Shown one piece after another: positions 31,701 to 43,644 of a DNA stretch of 64,000 nt. The position numbers and the translations under genes were made by a program. This DNA is from Eledone cirrhosa (taxonomy: Eukaryota): assembly GCA_964016885.1 (NCBI GenBank), contig OZ024758.1:39308001-39372000 (forward strand). The letters run 5' to 3'. Positions within the stretch are counted from its first letter, which is position 1; each line of letters starts with the position of its first letter. The notes under the pieces were generated by a model. The model had not been told where the DNA came from. It searched no databases and saw only the letters and a program-made list of their open reading frames with translations.

Positions 31701-33215
31701 ACTTCTGACAGCTAATACTATGAACTTAAATGAATTCTCACCAACATTGGAGTTACTTCTGACAGCTAATACCATGAACTTAAATGAATTCTCACCAACA
31801 GTGGAGTTACTTCTGACAGCTAGTACCATGAACTTAAATGAATTCTCACCAACAGTGGAGTTACTTCTGACAGCTAATACCATGAACTTAAATGAATTCT
31901 CACCAACAGTGGAGTTACTTCTGACAGCTAATACCATGAACTTAAATGAATTCTCACCAACATTGGAGTTACTTCTGACAGCTAGTACCATGAACTTAAA
32001 TGAATTCTCACCAACAGTGAAGTTACTTCTGACAGCTAATACCATGAACTTAAATGATTTCTCACCAACAGTGGAGTTCCTTCTGACAGCTAATACCATG
32101 AACTAAAATGAATTCTCACCAACATTGGAGTTACTTCTGACAGCTGGTACCATGACTTAAATGAATTCTCACCAACATTGGAGTTACTTCTGACAACTAA
32201 TACCATGACTTAAATGAATTCTCACCAACAGTGGAGTTACTTCTGACAAACTAATACCATGAACTTAAATGAATTCTCACCAACACTGGAGTTACTTCTG
32301 ACAGCTAGTACCATGAACTTAAATGAATTCTCACCAACAGTGGAGTTATTTCTGACAGCTAATACCATGAACTTAAATGAATTCTCACCAACAGTGGAGT
32401 TCCTTCTGACAGCTAATACCATGAACTTAAATGAATTCTAACCAACATTGGAGTTACTTCTGACAGCTAGTACCATGACTTAAATGAATTCTCACCAACA
32501 TTGGAGTTACTTCTGACAACTAATACCATGACTTAAATGAATTCTCACCAACAGTGGAGTAACTTCTGACAAACTAATACCATGAACTTAAATGAATTCT
32601 CACCAACAGTGGAGTTACTTCTAACAGCTAGTACCATGAACTTAAATGAATTCTCACCAACATTGGAGTTACTTCTGACAACTAATACCATGATTTAAAT
32701 GAATTCTCACCAACAGTGGAGTTACTTCTGACAGCTAATACCATGAACTTAAATGAATTCTCACCAACAGTGGAGTTACTTCTGACAGCTAATACCATGA
32801 ACTTAAATGAATTCTCACCAACATTGGAGTTACTTCTGACAGCTAATACCATGACTTAAATGAATTCTCACCAACAGTGGAGTTACTTCTGACAGCTAAT
32901 ACCATGAACTTAAATGAATTCTCACCAACATTGGAGTTACTTCTGACAGCTAATACCATGACTTAAATGAATTCTCACCAACAGTGGAGTTACTTCTGAC
33001 AGCTAATACCATGAACTTAAATGAATTCTCACCAACATTGGAGTTACTTCTGACAGCTAGTACCATGAACTTAAATGAATTCTCACCAACAGTGGAGTTA
33101 CTTCTGACAGCTAATACCATGAACTTAAATGAATTCTCACCAACAGTGGAGTTACTTCTGACAGCTAGTACCATGAACTTAAATGAATTCTCACCAACAT
33201 TGGAGTTACTTCTGA
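25740..33215 (+). repeat. Tandem duplication, period 3717 bp (about 69 monomers), two near-identical copies
   Basis: ORF pairs 26434/30151, 26957/30674, 27334/31051, 27819/31536, 28520/32237, 29233/32950. Shared rare variants CTGCCAG, GCTGGTAC, AGTAACTT and TCTAACAG. Confidence 0.93.
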
Positions 33216-33649
33216 CAACTAATACCATGACTTAAATGAATTCTCACCAACAGTGGAGTTACTTCTGACAAACTAATACCATGAACTTAAATGAATTCTC
33301 ACCAACAGTGGAGTTACTTCTGACAGCTAATACCATGAACTTAAATGAATTCTCACCAACAGTGGAGTTACTTCTGACAGCTAGTACCATGAACTTAAAT
33401 GAATTCTCACCAACATTGGAGTTACTTCTGACAACTAATACCATGACTTAAATGAATTCTCACCAACAGTGGAGTTACTTCTGACAAACTAATACCATGA
33501 ACTTAAATGAATTCTCACCAACAGTGGAGTTACTTCTGACAGCTAGTACCATGAACTTAAATTAATTCTCACCAACAGTGGAGTTACTTCTGACAGCTAA
33601 GACCATGAACTTAAATGAATTCTCACCAACAGTGGAGTTACTTCTGACA

Positions 33650-36550
33650 GCTAATACCATGAACTTAAATGAATTCTCACCAACATTGGAGTTACTTCTG
33701 ACAGCTAATACCATGAACTTAAATGAATTCTCACCAACAGTGGAGTTACTTCTGACAGCTAGTACCATGAACTTAAATGAATTCTCACCAACAGTGGAGT
33801 TACTTCTGACAGCTAATACCATGAACTTAAATGAATTCTCACCAACAGTGGAGTTACTTCTGACAGCTAATACCATGAACTAAAATGAATTCTCACCAAC
33901 ATTGGAGTTACTTCTGACAGCTAGTACCATGAACTTAAATGAATTCTCACCAACAGTGAAGTTACTTCTGACAGCTAATACCATGAACTTAAATGATTTC
34001 TCACCAACAGTGGAGTTCCTTCTGACAGCTAATACCATGAACTAAAATGAATTCTCACCAACATTGGAGTTACTTCTGACAGCTAGTACCATGACTTAAA
34101 TGAATTCTCACCAACATTGGAGTTACTTCTGACAACTAATGCCATGACTTAAATGAATTCTCACCAACAGTGGAGTTACTTCTGACAAACTAATACCATG
34201 AACTTAAATGAATTCTCACCAACACTGGAGTTACTTCTGACAGCTAGTACCATGAACTTAAATGAATTCTCACCAACAGTGGAGTTACTTCTGACAGCTA
34301 ATACCATGAACTTAAATGAATTCTCACCAACAGTGGAGTTCCTTCTGACAGCTAATACCATGAACTTAAATGAATTCTAACCAACATTGGAGTTACTTCT
34401 GACAGCTAGTACCATGACTTAAATGAATTCTCACCAACATTGGAGTTACTTCTGACAACTAATACCATGACTTAAATGAATTCTCACCAACAGTGGAGTT
34501 ACTTCTGACAGCTAGTACCATGAACTTAAATGAATTCTCACCAACATTGGAGTTACTTCTGACAACTAATACCATGATTTAAATGAATTCTCACCAACAG
34601 TGGAGTTACTTCTGACAGCTAATACCATGAACTTAAATGAATTCTCACCAACAGTGGAGTTACTTCTGACAGCTAATACCATGAACTTAAATGAATTCTC
34701 ACCAACATTGGAGTTACTTCTGACAGCTAATACCATGACTTAAATGAATTCTCACCAACAGTGGAGTTACTTCTGACAGCTAATACCATGAACTTAAATG
34801 AATTCTCACCAACATTGGAGTTACTTCTGACAGCTAATACCATGACTTAAATGAATTCTCACCAACAGTGGAGTTACTTCTGACAGCTAATACCATGAAC
34901 TTAAATGAATTCTCACCAACATTGGAGTTACTTCTGACAGCTAGTACCATGAACTTAAATGAATTCTCACCAACAGTGGAGTTACTTCTGACAGCTAATA
35001 TCATGAACTTAAATGAATTCTCACCAACAGTGGAGTTACTTCTGACAGCTAATACCATGAACTTAAATGAATTCTCACCAACAGTGGAGTTACTTCTGAC
35101 AGCTAATACCATGAACTTAAATGAATTCTCACCAACAGTGGAGTTACTTCTGACAGCTAATACCATGAACTTAAATGAATTCTCACCAACATTGGAGTTA
35201 CTTCTGACAGCTAATACCATGAACTTAAATGAATTCTCACCAACAGTGGAGTTACTTCTGACAGCTAGTACCATGAACTTAAATGAATTCTCACCAACAG
35301 TGGAGTTACTTCTGACAGCTAATACCATGAACTTAAATGAATTCTCACCAACAGTGGAGTTACTTCTGACAGCTAATACCATGAACTTAAATGAATTCTC
35401 ACCAACATTGGAGTTACTTCTGACAGCTAGTACCATGAACTTAAATGAATTCTCACCAACAGTGAAGTTACTTCTGACAGCTAATACCATGAACTTAAAT
35501 GATTTCTCACCAACAGTGGAGTTCCTTCTGACAGCTAATACCATGAACTAAAATGAATTCTCACCAACATTGGAGTTACTTCTGACAGCTAGTACCATGA
35601 CTTAAATGAATTCTCACCAACATTGGAGTTACTTCTGACAACTAATACCATGACTTAAATGAATTCTCACCAACAGTGGAGTTACTTCTGACAAACTAAT
35701 ACCATGAACTTAAATGAATTCTCACCAACACTGGAGTTACTTCTGACAGCTAGTACCATGAACTTAAATGAATTCTCACCAACAGTGGAGTTACTTCTGA
35801 CAGCTAATACCATGAACTTAAATGAATTCTCACCAACAGTGGAGTTCCTTCTGACAGCTAATACCATGAACTTAAATGAATTCTAACCAACATTGGAGTT
35901 ACTTCTGACAGCTAGTACCATGACTTAAATGAATTCTCACCAACATTGGAGTTACTTCTGACAACTAATACCATGACTTAAATGAATTCTCACCAACAGT
36001 GGAGTTACTTCTGACAAACTAATACCATGAACTTAAATGAATTCTCACCAACAGTGGAGTTACTTCTGACAGCTAGTACCATGAACTTACATGAATTCTC
36101 ACCAACATTGGAGTTACTTCTGACAACTAATACCATGATTTAAATGAATTCTCACCAACAGTGGAGTTACTTCTGACAGCTAATACCATGAACTTAAATG
36201 AATTCTCACCAACAGTGGAGTTACTTCTGACAGCTAATACCATGAACTTAAATGAATTCTCACCAACATTGGAGTTACTTCTGATAGCTAATACCATGAT
36301 TTAAATGAATTCTCACCAACAGTGGAGTTACTTCTGACAGCTAATACCATGAACTTAAATGAATTCTCACCAACATTGGAGTTACTTCTGACAGCTAATA
36401 CCATGACTTAAATGAATTCTCACCAACAGTGGAGTTACTTCTGACAGCTAATACCATGAACTTAAATGAATTCTCACCAACATTGGAGTTACTTCTGACA
36501 GCTAGTACCATGAACTTAAATGAATTCTCACCAACAGTGGAGTTACTTCT
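33650..36550 (+). repeat. Imperfect tandem duplication, offset about 1506 bp (28 monomers), rising to about 1561 bp downstream
   Basis: ORF pairs 34176/35682 and 34834/36395. Same order of the GTGAAG, GATTTC, AACTAAAAT, ACACTGG and TTCTAACC variants. Confidence 0.75.
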
Positions 36551-39269
36551 GACAGCTAATACCATGAACTTAAATAAATTCTCACCAACAGTGGAGTTAC
36601 TTCTGACAGCTAATACCATGAACTTAAATGAATTCTCACCAACAGTGGAGTTCCTTCTGACAGCTAATACCATGAACTTAAATGAATTCTCACCAACAGT
36701 GGAGTTACTTCTGACAGCTAATACCATGAACTTAAATGAATTCTCACCAACAGTGGAGTTCCTTCTGACAGCTAATACCATGAACTTAAATGAATTCTCA
36801 CCAACATTGGAGTTACTTCTGACAGCTAGTACCATGACTTAAATGAATTCTCACCAACATTGGATTACTTCTGACAACTAATACCATGACTTAAATGAAT
36901 TCTCACCAACAGTGGAGTTACTTCTGACAAACTAATACCATGAACTTAAATGAATTCTCACCAACAGTGGAGTTACTTTTGACAGCTAGTACCATGAACT
37001 TAAATGAATTCTCACCAACAGTGGAGTTCCTTCTGACTGCTAATACCATGAACTTAAATGAATTCTCACCAACAGTGGAGTTACTTCTGACAGCTAATAC
37101 CATGAACGTAAATGAATTCTCACCAACATTGGAGTTCCTTCTGACAGCTAATACCATGAACTTAAATGAATTCTCACCAACAGTGGAGTTCCTTCTGACA
37201 GCTAATACCATGAACTTAAATGAATTCTCACCAACATTGGAGTTACTTCTGACAACTAATACCATGACTTAAATGAATTCTCACCTACAATGGAGTGACT
37301 TCTGACAGCTAATACCATGAACTTAAATGAAATCTCACCAACATTGGGGTTACTTCTGACAGCTAATACCATGAACTTAAATGAATTCTCACCAACAGTG
37401 GAGTGACTTCTGACAGCTAATACCATGAACTTAAATGAATTCTCACCAACATTGGAGTGACTTCTGACAGCTAATACCATGAACTTAAATGAATTCTCAC
37501 CAACAGTGGAGTTACTTCTGACAGCTAGTACCATGAACCTAAATGAATTCTCACCAACAGTGGAGTTACTTCTGACAGCTAATACCATGAACTTAAATGA
37601 ATTCTCAGCAACAGTGGAGTTCCTTCTGACAGCTAATACCATGAACTTAAATGAATTCTCACCAACATTGGAGTTACTTCTGACAGCTAGTACCATGAAC
37701 TTAAATGAATTCTCACCAACAGTGGAGTTACTTCTGACAGCTAGTACCATGAACTTAAATGAATTCTCACCAACAGTGGAGTTCCTTCTGACAGCTAATA
37801 CCATGAACTTAAATGAATTCTCAGCAACAGTGGAGTTCCTTCTGACAGCTAATACCATGAACTTAAATGAATTCTCACCAACATTGGAGTTACTTCTGAC
37901 AGCTAGTACCATGAACTTAAATGAATTCTCACCAACAGTGGAGTTACTTCTGAGAGCTAATACCATGAACTTAAATGAATTCTCACCAACAGTGGCGTTC
38001 CTTCTGACAGCTAATACCATGAACTTAAATGAATTCTCACCAACAGTGGAGTTACTTCTGACAGCTAGTACCATGACTTAAATGAATTCTCACCAACATT
38101 GGAGTTCCTTCTGACAGCTAATACCATGAACTTAAATGAATTCTCACCAACAGTGGAGTTACTTCTGACAGCTAATACCATGAACTTAAATGAATTCTCA
38201 CCAACAGTGGAGTGACTTCTGACAGCTAATACCATGAACTTAAATGAATTCTCACCAACATTGGAGTTACTTCTGACAGCTAATACCATGACTTAAATGA
38301 ATTCTCACCAACAGTGGAGTTACTTCTGACAGCTAATACCATGAACTTAAATGAATTCTCACCAACAGTGGAGTTACTTCTGACAGCTAATACCATGAAC
38401 TTAAATGAATTCTCACCAACATTGGAGTTACTTCTGACAGCTAGTACCATGACTTAAATGAATTCTCACCAACATTGAAGTTACTTCTGACAGCTAATAC
38501 CATGACTTAAATGAATTCTCACCAACAGTGGAGTTACTTCTGACAGCTAATACCATGAACTTAAATGAATTCTCACCAACAGTGGAGTTACTTCTGACAG
38601 CTTGTACCATGAACTTAAATGAATTCTCACCAACATTGGAGTTACTTCTGACAACTAATACCATGACTTAAATGAATTCTCACCAACAGTGGAGTTACTT
38701 CTGACAAACTAATACCATGAACTTAAATGAATTCTCACCAACAGTGGAGTTACTTCTGACAGCTAGTACCATGAACTTAAATGAATTCTCACCAACAGTG
38801 GAGTTCCTTCTGACAGCTAATAGCATGAACTTAAATGAATTCTCAGCAACAGTGGAGTTCCTTCTGACAGCTAATACCATGAACTTAAATGAATTCTCAC
38901 CAACATTGGAGTTACTTCTGACAGCTAGTACCATGAACTTAAATGAATTCTCACCAACAGTGGAGTTACTTCTGACAGCTAATACCATGAACTTAAATGA
39001 ATTCTCACCAACAGTGGCGTTCCTTCTGACAGCTAATACCATGAACTTAAATGAATTCTCACCAACAGTGGAGTTACTTCTGACAGCTAGTACCATGACT
39101 TAAATGAATTCTCACCAACATTGGAGTTGCTTCTGACAGCTAATACCATGAACTTAAATGAATTCTCACCAACAGTGGAGTTACTTCTGACAGCTAATAC
39201 CATGAACTTAAATGAATTCTCACCAACAGTGGAGTGACTTCTGACAGCTAATACCATGAACTTAAATGA

Positions 39270-42200
39270 ATTCTCACCAACATTGGAGTTACTTCTGACA
39301 GCTAATACCATGACTTAAATGAATTCTCACCAACAGTGGAGTTACTTCTGACAGCTAATACCATGAACTTAAATGAATTCTCACCAACAGTGGAGTTACT
39401 TCTGACAGCTAATACCATGAACTTAAATGAATTCTCACCAACATTGGAGTTACTTCTGACAGTTAGTACCATGACTTAAATGAATTCTCACCGACATTGG
39501 AGTTACTTCTGACAGCTAATACCATGACTTAAATGAATTCTCACCAACAGTGGAGTGACTTCTGACAGCTAATACCATGAACTTAAATGAATTCTCACCA
39601 ACAGTGGAGTTACTTCTGACAGCTTGTACCATGAACTTAAATGAATTCTCACCAACATTGGAGTTACTTCTGACAACTAATACCATGACTTAAATGAATT
39701 CTCACCAACATTGGGGTTACTTCTGACAGCTAATACCATGAACTTAAATGAATTCTCACCAACAGTGGAGTGACTTCTGACAGCTAATACCATGAACTTA
39801 AATGAATTCTCACCAACATTGGAGTGACTTCTGACAGCTAATACCATGAACTTAAATGAATTCTCACCAACAGTGGAGTTACTTCTGACAGCTAATACCA
39901 TGAACATAAATGAATTCTCAGCAACAGTGGAGTTCCTTCTGACAGCTAATACCATGAACTTAAATGAATTCTCACCAACATTGGAGTTACTTCTGACAGC
40001 TAATACCATGAACTTAAATGAATTCTCACCAACATTGGAGTTAATTCTGACAGCTAGTACCATGAACTTAAATGAATTCTCATCCAACAGTGGAGTTACT
40101 TCTGACAGCTAATACCATGAACTTAAATGAATTCTCACCAACATTGGAGTTACTTCTGACAGCTAGTACCATGAACTTAAATGAATTCTCACCAACAGTG
40201 GAGTTACTTCTGACAGCTAATACCATGAACTTAAATGAATTCTCACCAACAGTGGAGTTACTTCTGACAGCTAATACCATGAACTTAAATGAATTCTCAC
40301 CAACAGTGGAGTTACTTCTGACAGCTAATACCATGAACTTAAATGAATTCTCACCAACAGTGGAGTTACTTCTGACAGCTAATACCATGAACTTAAATGA
40401 ATTCTCACCAACATTGGAGTTACTTCTGACAGTTAGTACCATGACTTAAATGAATTCTCACCAACATTGGAGTTACTTCTGACAGCTAATACCATGACTT
40501 AAATGAATTCTCACCAACAGTGGAGTGACTTCTGACAGCTAATACCATGAACTTAAATGAATTCTCACCAACAGTGGAGTTACTTCTGACAGCTTGTACC
40601 ATGAACTTAAATGAATTCTCACCAACATTGGAGTTACTTCTGACAACTAATACCATGACTTAAATGAATTCTCACCAACATTGGGGTTACTTCTGACAGC
40701 TAATACCATGAACTTAAATGAATTCTCACCAACAGTGGAGTGACTTCTGACAGCTAATACCATGAACTTAAATGAATTCTCACCAACATTGGAGTGACTT
40801 CTGACAGCTAATACCATGAACTTAAATGAATTCTCACCAACAGTGGAGTTACTTCTGACAGCTAGTACCATGAACCTAAATGAATTCTCACCAACAGTGG
40901 AGTTCCTTCTGACAGCTAATACCATGAACTTAAATGAATTCTCACCAACAGTGGAGTTCCTTCTGACAGCTAATACCATGAACTTAAATGAATTCTCACC
41001 AACATTGGAGTTAATTCTGACAGCTAGTACCATGAACTTAAATGAATTCTCATCCAACAGTGGAGTTACTTCTGACAGCTAATACCATGAACTTAAATGA
41101 ATTCTCACCAACATTGGAGTTACTTCTGACAGCTAGTACCATGAACTTAAATGAATTCTCACCAACAGTGGAGTTACTTCTGACAGCTAATACCATGAAC
41201 TTAAATGAATTCTCACCAACATTGGAGTTACTTCTGACAGCTAATACCATGAACTTAAATGAATTATCACCAACATTGGAGTTACTTCTGACAGCTAATA
41301 CCATGAACTTAAATGAATTCTCACCAACAGTGGAGTTACTTCTGACAGCTAATACCATGAACTTAAATGAATTCTCACCAACAGTGGAGTTACTTCTGAC
41401 AGCTAATACCATGAACTTAAATGAATTCTCACCAACATTGGAGTTACTTCTGACAGCTAATACCATGACTTAAATGAATTCTCACCAACAGTGGAGTTAC
41501 TTCTGACAGCTAATACCATGAACTTAAATGAATTCTCACCAACATTGGAGTTACTTCTGACAGCTAGTACCATGAACTTAAATGAATTCTCACCAACAGT
41601 GGAGTTACTTCTGACAGCTAATACCATGACTTAAATGAATTCTCACCAACAGTGGAGTGACTTCTGACAGCTAATACCATGAACTTAAATGAATTCTCAC
41701 CAACAGTGGAGTTACTTCTGACAGCTAATACCATGAACTTAAATGAATTCTCACCAACATTGGAGTTACTTCTGACAGCTAATACCATGAACTTAAATGA
41801 ATTCTCACCAACATTGGAGTTACTTCTGACAGCTAATACCATGACTTAAATGAATTCTCACCAACAGTGGAGTTACTTCTGACAGCTAATACCATGAACT
41901 TAAATGAATTCTCACCAACAGTGGAGTTACTTCTGACAGCTAATACCATGAACTTAAATGAATTCTCACCAACATTGGAGTTACTTCTGACAGTTAGTAC
42001 CATGACTTAAATGAATTCTCACCAACATTGGAGTTACTTCTGACAGCTAATACCATGACTTAAATGAATTCTCACCAACAGTGGAGTGACTTCTGACAGC
42101 TAATACCATGAACTTAAATGAATTCTCACCAACAGTGGAGTTACTTCTGACAGCTTGTACCATGAACTTAAATGAATTCTCACCAACATTGGAGTTACTT

Positions 42201-43450
42201 CTGACAACTAATACCATGACTTAAATGAATTCTCACCAACATTGGGGTTACTTCTGACAGCTAATACCATGAACTTAAATGAATTCTCACCAACAGTGGA
42301 GTGACTTCTGACAGCTAATACCATGAACTTAAATGAATTCTCACCAACATTGGAGTGACTTCTGACAGCTAATACCATGAACTTAAATGAATTCTCACCA
42401 ACAGTGGAGTTACTTCTGACAGCTAATACCATGAACATAAATGAATTCTCAGCAACAGTGGAGTTCCTTCTGACAGCTAATACCATGAACTTAAATGAAT
42501 TCTCACCAACATTGGAGTTACTTCTGACAGCTAATACCATGAACTTAAATGAATTCTCACCAACATTGGAGTTAATTCTGACAGCTAGTACCATGAACTT
42601 AAATGAATTCTCATCCAACAGTGGAGTTACTTCTGACAGCTAATACCATGAACTTAAATGAATTCTCACCAACATTGGAGTTACTTCTGACAGCTAGTAC
42701 CATGAACTTAAATGAATTCTCACCAACAGTGGAGTTACTTCTGACAGCTAATACCATGAACTTAAATGAATTCTCACCAACAGTGGAGTTACTTCTGACA
42801 GCTAATACCATGAACTTAAATGAATTCTCACCAACAGTGGAGTTACTTCTGACAGCTAATACCATGAACTTAAATGAATTCTCACCAACAGTGGAGTTAC
42901 TTCTGACAGCTAATACCATGAACTTAAATGAATTCTCACCAACATTGGAGTTACTTCTGACAGTTAGTACCATGACTTAAATGAATTCTCACCAACATTG
43001 GAGTTACTTCTGACAGCTAATACCATGACTTAAATGAATTCTCACCAACAGTGGAGTGACTTCTGACAGCTAATACCATGAACTTAAATGAATTCTCACC
43101 AACAGTGGAGTTACTTCTGACAGCTTGTACCATGAACTTAAATGAATTCTCACCAACATTGGAGTTACTTCTGACAACTAATACCATGACTTAAATGAAT
43201 TCTCACCAACATTGGGGTTACTTCTGACAGCTAATACCATGAACTTAAATGAATTCTCACCAACAGTGGAGTGACTTCTGACAGCTAATACCATGAACTT
43301 AAATGAATTCTCACCAACATTGGAGTGACTTCTGACAGCTAATACCATGAACTTAAATGAATTCTCACCAACAGTGGAGTTACTTCTGACAGCTAATACC
43401 ATGAACATAAATGAATTCTCAGCAACAGTGGAGTTCCTTCTGACAGCTAA
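39270..43450 (+). repeat. Nested duplications, offsets 970 bp (18 monomers) and 2531 bp (about 47 monomers)
   Basis: ORF starts 39677/40647/42208/43178. TCATCC insertion at 40083, 41053 and 42614. CAGTTAGT and AACATAAAT variants recur at these offsets. Confidence 0.88.
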
Positions 43451-43644
43451 TACCATGAACTTAAATGAATTCTCACCAACAGTGGAGTTCCTTCTGACAG
43501 CTAATACCATGAACTTAAATGAATTCTCACCAACATTGGAGTTACTTCTGACAGCTAGTACCATGAACTTAAATGAATTCTCACCAACAGTGGAGTTACT
43601 TCTGACAGCTAGTACCATGAACTTAAATGAATTCTCACCAACAG

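Larger units (their letters stand above)
1..36000 (+). repeat. Left sub-family domain of the satellite
   Basis: Diagnostic variants confined here: linked GTGAAG / GATTTC / AACTAAAAT monomer run (last at about 35460-35555), TTCTAACC (last about 35885), ACCATTCTAAC 56-mer (last about 29996), GTTAGTTC, ACAGGTAG, TGAAATCTAG, ATTAGAG, ACACTGG. Confidence 0.9.
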
